From NCBI GenBank assembly GCA_013375475.1, contig JABXKD010000029.1, positions 1-40,963 on the forward strand: DNA of 40,963 bases, given 5' to 3'. Both the position numbers and the translations under genes were made by a program. Within the stretch, counting starts at the first letter, position 1. Every line of letters starts with the position of its first letter. The DNA is from Promethearchaeota archaeon (lineage in GTDB: Archaea > Asgardarchaeota > Lokiarchaeia > Sigyniarchaeales > SOKP01). This document shows, one piece after another, positions 17,729-27,818 of the stretch. Under the pieces are notes generated by a model. The model had not been told where the DNA came from. It did not search any database and saw only the letters and a list, made by a program, of their open reading frames with translations.

Positions 17729-18244
17729 TTGGAAGCTAAGACAGTTTCGCAATCAAAAGTTGAAATCGCCCAGGTAATGATGCCAGAGCACGCAAATCCC
17801 GCTGGTAATGTCCATGGGGGTAATTTACTAAAGCTTGCCGATCAGGCTGGAGCTATTGTAGCCGCCAGACACACGCATTCCAATGTAGTAACAGCCTCAG
17901 TCGATAGATTTGATTTTATATCTCCTGCTTATATCGGAAATCTTGTTTTCATTAAAGCATCGATGAATTATGTTTCTAGAACCTCAATGGAAGTTGGAGT
18001 CAGAATAGAGGCAGAATGTCTCAGAACTGGAACTCACACACATATAGGGTCTGCTTATCTTAATTTTGTCGCTCTCGATAAGGACGATAAGCCTACTGAA
18101 GTGCCCGGATTAATTCCAGAAACTGAAACTGAAATAAATCGCTATGAGGAAGCAAAAAAAAGGAGAGAAATAAGGTTGCAGCTAGTGAAACCGCATCGTC
18201 ATCGCCAACAGGCGTGTATAATTAGACTAGAAAAATTAAAATAA
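17729..18244 (+). CDS. Acyl-CoA thioesterase (hotdog fold, YciA-like)
   Basis: HANPAGNVHGGNLL, VVTASVD, RTSMEVGV, FVALD. Confidence 0.92.
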   Translation: MEAKTVSQSKVEIAQVMMPEHANPAGNVHGGNLLKLADQAGAIVAARHTHSNVVTASVDRFDFISPAYIGNLVFIKASMNYVSRTSMEVGVRIEAECLRTGTHTHIGSAYLNFVALDKDDKPTEVPGLIPETETEINRYEEAKKRREIRLQLVKPHRHRQQACIIRLEKLK

Positions 18245-18332
18245 AATTCAATCTTTTTCTGGATAGAACTACATTCGTTTTCAAATATAACTTTTTATTA
18301 GGGGAAGTATAAAATTATTTATATTTAGGTAG

Positions 18333-19676
18333 GTGATTATATTGGAAGAAGTCAAGAAAAGACCTGAACTAAAGAGAAGGATATCTCTATTTGGCGTTAC
18401 TGTCTATGGGGTTGGAAATGTCCTAGGAGCGGGCATCTATGCCTTAATTGGAGAAGTAGTAGGAATTACGGGAAATTTATCGTGGTTGGCTTTTATATTA
18501 GCTTCAGTTACTGGAGCTTTGACAGGTTTGTCCTATGCTGAACTTTCTGCTATGTTCCCTAAAAGCGCTGCGGAGTTTGTGTATACAGAAAAAGCCTTTA
18601 AAATCCGGCTTTTATCGTTCCTTCTTGGCTGGATAATAATCTTTTCAGGAATACTCTCAGCAGCTACGGTCGCGTTAGGATTTGCGGGTTATTTAGCCGC
18701 ATTAATCGGATTTTCTCCGATTATTCTTGTAGTAATTTTTGCTGTTATACTCATCGTGATTGTTAGTCTTATTAATTTCGTTGGTATAAGGGCATCTACG
18801 TGGACAAATATAATATTTACATTAATTGAGGCTTCGGGACTCATCTTCATTATTATAATTGGTATACCATATTTAGGTACGGTCAACTATTTTGTACTAC
18901 CTATAGGAGGTTCGTTTGGGGCAATCTTTTCAGCAGTCGCTTTAATATTTTTTGCGTATATTGGCTTCGAGGATATCGCTAATGTCGCAGAGGAGGTTAA
19001 AGAACCCACTAGAAACCTTCCTCGAGCTATAATTTATTCAATTATTATAACAACAGTTTTATATTGTTTAACTGCCTTATCAGTAGTTAGCATTCTACAA
19101 GATAATCCTATTGCAGACCCTCAAGCTCCCTTAAACAGCGTTGCTACAATAGCAATAGGTCCCATTGGAGGAATTATAATGTCGTTTATAGCTCTCTTTG
19201 CAACAGCTAACACTGTTCTAATAATGATGATTGTCACATCAAGGATGATGTACGGAATGGCAAGAGATAAAGCGTTACCAGACGGATTAAGTAAAATATC
19301 ACCTAAATTTAAAACACCCGCTGTAGCTATTTTAGTAACAATGATTCTAACCATGATTCCATTAGGATTATATTTTATTGGGGATATATCTACTATCGCA
19401 GATGCCACCGTTTTTGGAGTGCTAATTACTTTTTTCCTGGTGAATCTAAGCTTAATAGTTTTACGTAAGAAAAGCCCTGAACTTGAACGACCTTTTAAGC
19501 TAAAACCAAATATTCGTTGGTTGCCAATAGTTGCATTATTAGGATGTATTGTTTGTCTTGGACTACTTTTTACATTTGATTTGTTGACAATTATTATTCA
19601 AGCAATTATAGTCCTATGTGGAATAGTAGTTTTTTATGCAATGAAATCAAAAATCGAAACTAAAACTAAGAAATAA
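18333..19676 (+). CDS. APC family amino acid permease
   Basis: GNVLGAGIY, SYAELSAMFP, FFAYIGFE, AEEVKEP, SRMMYGMARD, ERPFK; about 12 TM segments. The start is probably TTG 18342. Confidence 0.93.
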   Translation: MIILEEVKKRPELKRRISLFGVTVYGVGNVLGAGIYALIGEVVGITGNLSWLAFILASVTGALTGLSYAELSAMFPKSAAEFVYTEKAFKIRLLSFLLGWIIIFSGILSAATVALGFAGYLAALIGFSPIILVVIFAVILIVIVSLINFVGIRASTWTNIIFTLIEASGLIFIIIIGIPYLGTVNYFVLPIGGSFGAIFSAVALIFFAYIGFEDIANVAEEVKEPTRNLPRAIIYSIIITTVLYCLTALSVVSILQDNPIADPQAPLNSVATIAIGPIGGIIMSFIALFATANTVLIMMIVTSRMMYGMARDKALPDGLSKISPKFKTPAVAILVTMILTMIPLGLYFIGDISTIADATVFGVLITFFLVNLSLIVLRKKSPELERPFKLKPNIRWLPIVALLGCIVCLGLLFTFDLLTIIIQAIIVLCGIVVFYAMKSKIETKTKK

Positions 19677-19694
19677 ATCAGATATAATTAAAGA

Positions 19695-19862
19695 TTAACT
19701 ATATTTTTCTTTCCATTTTTTTTGCTTTTCTTCACTGTCTCCTTTCATTTTGCATGTTTTGTGAATTTGGGTCTGCATTTCCCATTGTTTTTCTAATTCG
19801 TCTTCGAGATCCTCTTTCCTTTGGTCATTTTCCTTATCGGATTGTTTCTTATCTTTGCTCAT
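19695..19862 (-). CDS. 55-aa highly charged hypothetical protein
   Basis: My translation: MSKDKKQSDKENDQRKEDLEDELEKQWEMQTQIHKTCKMKGDSEEKQKKWKEKYS*. Has an AGGGAGA RBS, starts 11 bp after the activase stop and fills the gap. Not in the track. Confidence 0.7.
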   Translation of the reverse strand: MSKDKKQSDKENDQRKEDLEDELEKQWEMQTQIHKTCKMKGDSEEKQKKWKEKYS

Positions 19863-19873
19863 TTTTTCTCCCT

Positions 19874-20632
19874 TTAAGCGTCTAAATAGTCATATATTTG
19901 ATCAATCCTGCTATATCCTACAACATCGTCTCTTAAATAGATTTGGAATGGTAAATTCATATTTTTGTAAGGTTTTAGGATATTGAGTAGCGTGATATGC
20001 TCTGGCTTTTGAAACTTCTGTTTATGTTCCTCCCCAACACCTTCAGAATATTGATATTGTTGAAGGACAAAGTTCCCTCGGAACATATTTTTTCTTAGAT
20101 ATGAAATAATCTTATCGATGTCATTAGGTTTCATCAGATTTTCCACATAAGTGGTTCTTATTTCGAAATCAATATCCTCACGATTATTAATAATAATAAA
20201 TGATTCAGAGATAAGATCAGAATCTACTTGATTTCCAGTAATTTTAGCTAGTTTTTTATTATTAAGCGGAGCTTTAATATCTAAAGCAACTCTATTGATG
20301 AATGGGAGTAATTTCGTGATAATTTCCGGATTTGTTCCATTTGTATCTATACTAATATATTTCCCAATATTTTTAATTTCTTCACACAGTTCAAGTAAGT
20401 CGTTTTGAAGCGTAGGTTCTCCTCCAGAAATGCTTACACCACTGACTAACATGTTACTTTTAATTTGCTCCATTAATTTGGGAACATCGATATCTCTACC
20501 CACACCCTCATGAAGTAAATATTTATTGTGGCAAAATCCACAACTTAAATTGCACCCAACTGTGAATATAACCATTGTTGACTTATTAGGGATGTCCTTT
20601 GTTGAAATGTCTATAATTCCACCGACTCTCAT
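19874..20632 (-). CDS. Glycyl-radical activating radical SAM enzyme, NrdG2-type (anaerobic RNR activase-like)
   Basis: MRVGG....STxDxP, FTVGCNLSCGFCHN, ISGGEPTLQ, IDTNGTNP, ALDIKAP, EIRTT. Confidence 0.88.
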   Translation of the reverse strand: MRVGGIIDISTKDIPNKSTMVIFTVGCNLSCGFCHNKYLLHEGVGRDIDVPKLMEQIKSNMLVSGVSISGGEPTLQNDLLELCEEIKNIGKYISIDTNGTNPEIITKLLPFINRVALDIKAPLNNKKLAKITGNQVDSDLISESFIIINNREDIDFEIRTTYVENLMKPNDIDKIISYLRKNMFRGNFVLQQYQYSEGVGEEHKQKFQKPEHITLLNILKPYKNMNLPFQIYLRDDVVGYSRIDQIYDYLDA

Positions 20633-20759
20633 TGATAAGGATTAATTTTATATTTTTATTAAGTTCAACGCTACTATATGTTATCTAAAAATTTTATCAA
20701 ATTTAAAAAATAATCTTATATTTTAGATGATTGTAATATTAAACTAATTAAAACTTGAA

Positions 20760-21989
20760 GTGATATATTTGGAAGGACATGTTCAATTTAGCGATTTGGA
20801 TTTTGAGTTTGGATATTCTTGTATGCCTGATAGGTTGCACTTCTATACAAAAGAGGAAAACGATTTCCGAATGGAAGTGCGAGAATGGTGTAAGAATAAT
20901 GTCGAACCTGTTTCTGAGAAGATAGATCGGGAGAGAAATTCTAGTTTAGCAGTAGAGGTTTTACGTAAGATGAAACCCTATTTGAATATTATCATCCCAA
21001 AAGAAGCTGGAGGACTTGGGAAAGGAGTATTATACCGAACGATATTTGGCGAGGAACTTACGGCTTTTAACTACGCTCTCGCAGGAATTTTCGGGGCTTC
21101 CTCTTGCTTATTTGCTGGCCCAATAATTGAGTTTGGGACAGAAGACCAGAAAATGAAATATCTCTCAGGAATAGCTGATGGGTCAAAAATAGGTGCAATA
21201 GGTATCACTGAACCTACAGGTGGCTCAGATGCGATAGGGGGTATGAGATTAAAGGCCGTGAGAGAAGGTGATCATTATGTCCTCAATGGAGAAAAATGCT
21301 TTATAACAAATGGTAGCGTTGCGGATTATATTTGTTTATATGCTAAAACTAACGATCAAGTAAAAGCGCATCAAGGAATATCTGCATTTATTTTCGAAAC
21401 TGATACTCCAGGATTTGAAGTAATTAAAGAATACAAGCACATGGGACGCAGGGGGATGCCCAACTCCCGTCTTCGATTTAACAACTGTAAAGTGCCAGCT
21501 GAAAATATGCTGCATAGAGAGAACGAAGGTGTAGATGTTTTATTATTTGGTCTTGATGGTGAGAGAACATTTACGGCTTCTCAATATCTTGGGCTTGCAC
21601 GAAGTGCCTTAGAAGTCTCATACAAATACGCTCATAAACGCGTACAATTCAAAAAACCACTCTATTCTTTTGAAGGAATATCGTTCAAACTTAGCGAAAT
21701 GTTTATGTATGTAGAACTTAGTAGAATGGCAATAGCTCAAATCGCTAGAATGCTTGATAATAGTCATAATTGTAGGGCTTCCGTTGCTGCTGTTAAAACT
21801 CGGATAGCGGATGCCACTGTGAGAATTACACAAGACGCAATCCAAATTGCTGGAGGACTTGGGTACTCTGAAGAATATCCTTTAGAGCGTTATTATCGAG
21901 ATGCAAAGATCGGACAAATCTCAGCAGGAACATCGGAAATTATGAGATATATCATTACAAGGGAAATGATAAGAATGTGGGGCAAATAA
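20760..21989 (+). CDS. Acyl-CoA dehydrogenase (isovaleryl-CoA DH/LCAD-type catalytic arrangement)
   Basis: ITEPTGGSD, LNGEKCFITNG, RVQFKKP, IQIAGGLGY, ERYYRDAK, ISAGTSEI; start uncertain (TTG 20769 or ATG 20823). Confidence 0.92.
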   Translation: MIYLEGHVQFSDLDFEFGYSCMPDRLHFYTKEENDFRMEVREWCKNNVEPVSEKIDRERNSSLAVEVLRKMKPYLNIIIPKEAGGLGKGVLYRTIFGEELTAFNYALAGIFGASSCLFAGPIIEFGTEDQKMKYLSGIADGSKIGAIGITEPTGGSDAIGGMRLKAVREGDHYVLNGEKCFITNGSVADYICLYAKTNDQVKAHQGISAFIFETDTPGFEVIKEYKHMGRRGMPNSRLRFNNCKVPAENMLHRENEGVDVLLFGLDGERTFTASQYLGLARSALEVSYKYAHKRVQFKKPLYSFEGISFKLSEMFMYVELSRMAIAQIARMLDNSHNCRASVAAVKTRIADATVRITQDAIQIAGGLGYSEEYPLERYYRDAKIGQISAGTSEIMRYIITREMIRMWGK

Positions 21990-22276
21990 GTATAGATAAA
22001 TTCTTCCCGTATTAAATTTCAGTTTAACGCCAGATTTGGAACAAAAAATTAACTCAGAAAGCCATTGTTTGTATATAACTTGATATTTTTTTGACTTCTC
22101 TATTAAAAGCATAGAAAAGACTTATATCTGAACATACCCTTAAATAAAATTAACATAATTTTTTTTAATGAAATTGAAATTTCTTTGAGAAAAATTGAAT
22201 AACGGGTTGAAAAATTAGTTTTGTTAACAAACAAAAATAAACCTATCTAAGAATTTCATTTAATTACATTTTAAAA

Positions 22277-24901
22277 GTGAAATTAATGAGAAAAAATAAT
22301 AAAAAAATAATTTGCTTTTTAATGATTTGCTTTCTAACACTTGGAATATTTAATTTTGGAAATCAATCTTCAAGAGTTCTTGAATTAAGAGAAGATTTTC
22401 TTCAACCTAAGACCGCTGATACAGATCTAAAGGTTGCGATTTTAGATTCTATTTCTTCTCCTTCTTATGCAACAGGTGGTTACAATAATGATTTCGCGAG
22501 CATATATAATGGATTAATCTCTAATGGAGTTGACGCAATAAATATCACAAATGCTGATATCCTCGCAGGTATTTTAGAAACCGTTGATGTTCTAGTGTTA
22601 ATAGACAATTTGCCAAGTGATGCTGCTTCGGCAATTGTTAAGGATTGGGCTCTTTATGGAGGCGGCATACTCTCTTTCGATAGTAGTATTGCATTTTTGA
22701 ATTGGGCGGGAATCATACCGCCAGAAGCAGATGGAGCAAATGGGCAACTCACATATTGGGATTATATTTCCCCAGATGAAGGGATAGTAGTTAATGATGG
22801 ACACCCAGTTATGAATGGTTATAATTATGGAGATAATGTTAGTGGGATGGCAGGTGATTCTGCATATTTTTCAGATGGGATTATGATGTCTTCTGCAGGA
22901 CCTTATTATACTCCCTTAGTAAAAGAAGATCTTAGTAGTAATTACGATCTGGTAGTTGCTTTAGACGCCCCCTATTGCGGGAGAGTTGTTCACATTTGGG
23001 ATCGAGACCATTGGAATACCATCTCCAATCAACAAATGATTCTAAATGGGATCAATTGGATCAGAGAAAAATTTACAGACGTACCTCAAACTATAATTCT
23101 TAATGAGGTAAATATTGGCGATCCTGATTGGCTCGAACTTTATAACTTTGGACCCAGTACAAACATGACGGGATGGTCTATACTGATGTATTCTAATAAT
23201 GTTCTTGATGTTAATTACACTTTCCCTGATGGATGGATGTTTAATTCTCACCATGTAGTAGTTTTACATGAGGGTAGTGGAACCGATACGAGTACAGATT
23301 TATATATGGGAACAAGTGTTTATTGGATGAGTGAACCTCTAGCAGTCGGTCTTTTTGACGACACGAATGCAAATATTGATTGGTTCCAAACATTTGATCA
23401 CATATTGACCCTTCCTGGTGATGCTGTATGGATCAATGATACAATTATAGATTTAGTTAATAATGCTAATGAGGATGCTCACCGAAAAAATGATATAGAC
23501 ACGAATAGAGCCTCTGATTGGATCTTGTCAACTAGTGGTTCGAGTGGTTCATTGAATTTTGGGCAAAGAGGATATTTCTTCCCATTTCAAACAATTACTG
23601 GACCGGTTGCCATTTTTCAGGATGTATATCCTTGGGATTATAACTCAACCGATGAAATTTTAGCTTTGTATGGTATTTCGTATGACATTTACGATTCATT
23701 AGATTTTGGATTAGTAGATCTTTCACCTTATCAGAAAGTCATTATTTCATCATATCAAAGTCAGACCTTTTATGATAGGTTGAATGGATATGTATCCTGG
23801 TTTGAAAGTTACGCTGCAGGTGGGGGTATTCTTGAAATTCATGCATGTGATAGTCCTTCGGGAGACCAATGGCACGATACTTATTCGATGCCTGGGGGTT
23901 TAGACGCCACAGAATTAATTCTTGACGATGTAGATATTAATTTAGCTCAACATCCGATTATATTGAATCCTCACACTGTTAATGATACAGCTCTTGATAG
24001 TTGGAGTGCTTCTGCTCATGGATATTTCGATACATTTCCAGATCCTCATAGAGAGATATTACAACACACAGCTACATCCATGCCTATTTTGTTAGAATTT
24101 GAATATGGGAATGGATACATAGTTGCGAGCATGCAAGCACTCGAACATGCGTATCATTATGGAGATGTTGGATCTGAGGTATTTGAAAATATTATTCTAT
24201 ACGATCCATCATCTACTTATTTTTCTGATACTCTCACTGTGGAAACTCCTAATAGTCTAAGTTCATGGCATACGGATACTTCACATGATATCGAATGGGT
24301 TACCACAGGTAATGTTCCTAATGTCAAAATTGAGCTGTATAGAGGTGGTGTTTTTGAATTGGAGATTACTGCAAACATTACAAATGATGGCGAATTCTCT
24401 TGGTCTATCCCTTTAAGTCTAATTGATTCTACTCAATATCAAATTAAAGTTACTGATGTTTCCAATCCCTCTACATATGATTATAGCCAATATTTTGAAA
24501 TATACAACCCCACACTTACTGTGACATCTCCTGATATCTCAAGTACATGGATAAGGGGTACAGAAAATACTATCAGTTGGACTTCAACGGGAATTCTTAC
24601 AAATGTGAAAATTGACCTATTTTTGAATGATACCTTTATGTTAGAAATTATCGCAAGTACGCCCAATGACGGAGATTATAATTGGACATTACCATCAGAT
24701 CTTGATCCTTCTACTCTATACCAAATAAAGTTAACTGATAGCTCTAATGCTTTAATTTACGATTTTAGTGAATATTTTGAAGTTACTATTCCAGGCAACG
24801 GACCTACTCCAGGAATTCCAGGTTATAATCTGGTGATATTCATAGCATCATTAGTAGGAGTTTCTATACTACTTCTAAAAAAGAAACTAAAAACCAAATA
24901 A
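22277..24901 (+). CDS. Multidomain surface glycoprotein with lamin-tail-like domain, two Kre9/Ser-Thr-rich Ig-like repeats and Loki-CTERM-like anchor
   Basis: Basic + hydrophobic signal peptide; IILNEV...DWLELYN; two LTVxxP....W......I.W...G...NVKIxL......NDGxxxW repeats; IPGYNL + TM + KKKLKTK. Confidence 0.85.
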   Translation: MKLMRKNNKKIICFLMICFLTLGIFNFGNQSSRVLELREDFLQPKTADTDLKVAILDSISSPSYATGGYNNDFASIYNGLISNGVDAINITNADILAGILETVDVLVLIDNLPSDAASAIVKDWALYGGGILSFDSSIAFLNWAGIIPPEADGANGQLTYWDYISPDEGIVVNDGHPVMNGYNYGDNVSGMAGDSAYFSDGIMMSSAGPYYTPLVKEDLSSNYDLVVALDAPYCGRVVHIWDRDHWNTISNQQMILNGINWIREKFTDVPQTIILNEVNIGDPDWLELYNFGPSTNMTGWSILMYSNNVLDVNYTFPDGWMFNSHHVVVLHEGSGTDTSTDLYMGTSVYWMSEPLAVGLFDDTNANIDWFQTFDHILTLPGDAVWINDTIIDLVNNANEDAHRKNDIDTNRASDWILSTSGSSGSLNFGQRGYFFPFQTITGPVAIFQDVYPWDYNSTDEILALYGISYDIYDSLDFGLVDLSPYQKVIISSYQSQTFYDRLNGYVSWFESYAAGGGILEIHACDSPSGDQWHDTYSMPGGLDATELILDDVDINLAQHPIILNPHTVNDTALDSWSASAHGYFDTFPDPHREILQHTATSMPILLEFEYGNGYIVASMQALEHAYHYGDVGSEVFENIILYDPSSTYFSDTLTVETPNSLSSWHTDTSHDIEWVTTGNVPNVKIELYRGGVFELEITANITNDGEFSWSIPLSLIDSTQYQIKVTDVSNPSTYDYSQYFEIYNPTLTVTSPDISSTWIRGTENTISWTSTGILTNVKIDLFLNDTFMLEIIASTPNDGDYNWTLPSDLDPSTLYQIKLTDSSNALIYDFSEYFEVTIPGNGPTPGIPGYNLVIFIASLVGVSILLLKKKLKTK
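24227..24787 (+). repeat. Two tandem ~94-aa domain repeats within the surface protein
   Basis: DTLTVETP...STQYQIKVTD...YDYSQYFEI versus PTLTVTSP...STLYQIKLTD...YDFSEYFEV. Confidence 0.85.
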
Positions 24902-24903
24902 TC

Positions 24904-24914
24904 TTTTTTTTTTT
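24904..24914 (+). terminator. Putative oligo-T terminator
   Basis: T11 directly after the stop codon at 24901. Confidence 0.55.
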
Positions 24915-24983
24915 AACTTTATATCAAATTTATTTTAGAAACCCAATTTTTTAGAATATCATCTAATTGAATCATTAATAGGT

Positions 24984-25883
24984 TTAGATATATTCTTCCT
25001 TCATTAAATTTTCAACTTCATTTAGAGGCACTGAAAAGGGTTCTATTGATTCCATTTTAAGTGAAGTTAAAGCCGCAGAAAATCTTAAGGAATCTTCAGG
25101 ATTTTTGGTTATACGCGATCCTAAATAACTGATAAACGCAGTATCCCCCCTACCTGTTCTTCCGATATTACTTAAATTTTTCCAAGGAAAGAAGTACGAT
25201 TCGTCTTTTAAACTTAAATTTATTCCGCTTTTGTGAGTAATAAGAACTTCTTTCGGTCCTAAATTATTCATTTGCTTTCCTGCCTTTGATAAAGAAGATA
25301 GGTTTGTGAGGATCTTTGCCTCAGTTTCATCAACTTTTAAGTAATCTACTTTTGATAATATTTCAACTTTCTCTTTTTCAGTCAAGCTGAAATATTGCAT
25401 TTTACTATCCTTTACACCTCTAATAAACCCTTGGATATCAAGCCCCAATCTTCCGTTATATCTCTCATTCAAATATTTTAACAGGTCTAAATCAATTTCA
25501 CCAGCAATTATCGAACCTATAACAAAAAATTTTGTTTTAATATCTGGGATTTCTTCCTTATTAAACGCACCCGCAAAACCTAAAGGCTCATAACTTCTAG
25601 ATTCCATATTTTGCGAGGAGTATATGTTTTTTATTCCTGAAGTTTCTTTAGCTGGGTACGCAAAGTATTTGATATTGTGCTTCTCAAACGAATCTAAAAT
25701 TGGGAAATCTTCGTGCTTTAACCTCGTGATGATCGCGAGCTTCAATCCCATTCTACTGCCAGCTACCCCTCCGTAGTATACGGCACCCCCTAAGTACTCT
25801 TTACCCACTCCGTCGATTTCTATGATATCCTTTGCTATGTGCCCAAGTAGTACAATATCGAACTCAATTACTTCTTTAACCAT
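24984..25883 (-). CDS. PfkB/ribokinase family carbohydrate kinase
   Basis: GHIAKD, GGAVYY, DIQG, KVDETEA, RTGRGDT (variant of DTxGAGD). Confidence 0.88.
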   Translation of the reverse strand: MVKEVIEFDIVLLGHIAKDIIEIDGVGKEYLGGAVYYGGVAGSRMGLKLAIITRLKHEDFPILDSFEKHNIKYFAYPAKETSGIKNIYSSQNMESRSYEPLGFAGAFNKEEIPDIKTKFFVIGSIIAGEIDLDLLKYLNERYNGRLGLDIQGFIRGVKDSKMQYFSLTEKEKVEILSKVDYLKVDETEAKILTNLSSLSKAGKQMNNLGPKEVLITHKSGINLSLKDESYFFPWKNLSNIGRTGRGDTAFISYLGSRITKNPEDSLRFSAALTSLKMESIEPFSVPLNEVENLMKEEYI

Positions 25884-25999
25884 AATGAATGGTTTTAAAA
25901 TGAAATTATTGTTTAAGAAATTATCTTTTTTAATTTGTAATGGTTGAAATTTCCAGAAATTAGAGAAAAAAAGATAAAATAAAAATAATTAAAGTGAAA

Positions 26000-26215
26000 T
26001 TAATCGTAAATTAATAGCGGGTTTTCTTTTGGGTTGTTTAAAACGCTATCTAAAATTCTCTCCTCAATCTTATATATGCTTGAAGCGTCTGTTATAAAAC
26101 AATTCCAATCGTAACATTTTAGGTCGTCTTGAAACACTACTCCATGACCTATTGTAATTTGAATACAATCGTGGTATAGAGCGTGCACTTTACCACATTT
26201 TTCGCATTTTATCAC
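26000..26215 (-). CDS. Small Cys-containing hypothetical protein
   Basis: CEKC.....YHDC and CYDWNC; upstream AGGTGAT and TATA-like element. Confidence 0.55.
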   Translation of the reverse strand: MIKCEKCGKVHALYHDCIQITIGHGVVFQDDLKCYDWNCFITDASSIYKIEERILDSVLNNPKENPLLIYD

Positions 26216-26589
26216 TTTTTTTTTTCACATCACCTTTGTTTGTGAGTGGGAATAATTTCCCAATTAATATATAATTATGAAAAAAGCTTAATAAATATTA
26301 CAATCTTTTTCACTTTTTCGTAATTTTTCTGTATAGATTTTCTAATTTTAGACAATAAGTGAAAAAACTTCAGATCCCACATATTTTTTTAGTACAAAAC
26401 AACAAAACTTCGTTCTAATTATGCAGATATCTGAACTTTTTTCAGCGAAAATCCGTTTAAACCGACTAAAAAAGAAGTTATTTGAGTCAAAATGGATAAT
26501 AATACTTGATTTTTTACCTAATATTAATCTCTTATTCACACAAAATTAAAGGCACAAGTCTTAAAGAGAGGTAAACATTTAATAGAATA

Positions 26590-26811
26590 ATGAAGAAGGA
26601 AAGGGAAAAGGCATTTCTAAAGAACCTAATATTCTTCGCGGTTTTTTTGGTTGGCGCCGTATTGTCTATAACATTTCTGGTTCTCAGAGAATTTGAAAAT
26701 TGGGTAGAATATCAGATTTCTATTAGTATAATGGTAACGATAATTTTCTTTATGGGATTTTTTTTCTTTTCTGCCCTGCATTATGTAATACGGAAAGATC
26801 GCTCTCCGTAA
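26590..26811 (+). CDS. Small two-TM membrane protein
   Basis: Two hydrophobic helices flanked by basic termini; GAGAGGT upstream. Confidence 0.7.
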   Translation: MKKEREKAFLKNLIFFAVFLVGAVLSITFLVLREFENWVEYQISISIMVTIIFFMGFFFFSALHYVIRKDRSP

Positions 26812-26827
26812 TTTGTAAGAAATTGAA

Positions 26828-27553
26828 TTAATTTTCATTAATAGATTTAATAATGGCCTTTGTGAACGCTTTAACAAATTTTTTTGTAAGTGATGCGTCC
26901 GTTCGAATGTTTTTTGCGACCTCAACTTGAATTGTATTTATGTTCTTAGTCTTTAAAAATTGGTGAGTAATATATCCACCTGAATATGCTAAGCTATATT
27001 CTGATTCTGCAAATCCTTTATCAATACTAAAATGCTTTGAAATCTCTTTTTCTAAATGATAACATCCCCAGAATCTTTCACACGCATCATTCGTAGCATC
27101 TTGAATAAGATCAAGTGTTTTACCGAAGATGTGACCAAAAATTACATCAGGATAGTTTTTATAGGGACGTGTAAACCCATGGAAATCTATCACCAATGCT
27201 TTATCAAACTGAGTAAGGCACTCTTGAGAGAATATAATTAGTTGGTCGTGAAAAGCATGAAAGATACCGTTCGCTTCAGTAGAAGATTTGTTTAAAGCCG
27301 AGGGAGAGTGCGGTGGTCGGTTTAAATCTAATTTACTTCTGTGAATTTTATTTAGAATATAGTAAATATTGATTCCTTCTTTTTTTAGTAGATTGATTAT
27401 TAATTTAGAGATGAAATAAGTGTTCTTATCGGCGATATTTGGCCCCATAGTTTTATCTGGTATCCTTTTGGGCTTTTTATAACCTCCGTGAGGGCAAGAT
27501 AAAATCACTGGAGTGGAGCCTTCAGCGAAATCAAAATATTTGCGAAATTCCAT
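26828..27553 (-). CDS. N-formylglutamate amidohydrolase-like Zn hydrolase
   Basis: LSCPHGG, DLNR, FH, IDFHG, YSGGYIT, IQVE. Confidence 0.8.
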   Translation of the reverse strand: MEFRKYFDFAEGSTPVILSCPHGGYKKPKRIPDKTMGPNIADKNTYFISKLIINLLKKEGINIYYILNKIHRSKLDLNRPPHSPSALNKSSTEANGIFHAFHDQLIIFSQECLTQFDKALVIDFHGFTRPYKNYPDVIFGHIFGKTLDLIQDATNDACERFWGCYHLEKEISKHFSIDKGFAESEYSLAYSGGYITHQFLKTKNINTIQVEVAKNIRTDASLTKKFVKAFTKAIIKSINEN

Positions 27554-27637
27554 TCAAGATAAAAAATTAATATCGAATTATAAAGTTTGATAAATAATTT
27601 TGAAGTGGATATACTTATTCATATTAAGGGTTTTTTG

Positions 27638-27651
27638 AAGGCTTAAGCCTT
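27638..27651. promoter_or_regulatory. Perfect 14-bp palindrome AAGGCTTAAGCCTT in a divergent intergenic region
   Basis: Read directly from the sequence; a regulatory role is inferred from position only. Confidence 0.35.
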
Positions 27652-27818
27652 AATAGAATTATTTGTCGGTAGTTATTTTGAGCTTTCTTGTTGGATTATA
27701 AGTGTGATTCATTATTGACTTAATAATTATTTTCGCAATGTTTTTTAAATTTGTTAATTTTTATTTATTACAATTTAGTAAATAATAACGTTACCATTAA
27801 ATTGAGGTTAAGAACAGA

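Noticed and set aside
26348-26539. Track ORF 26348-26539(-), 63 aa
   Set aside because: No motif, composition resembles translated AT-rich intergenic DNA and no clear RBS; cannot be supported.
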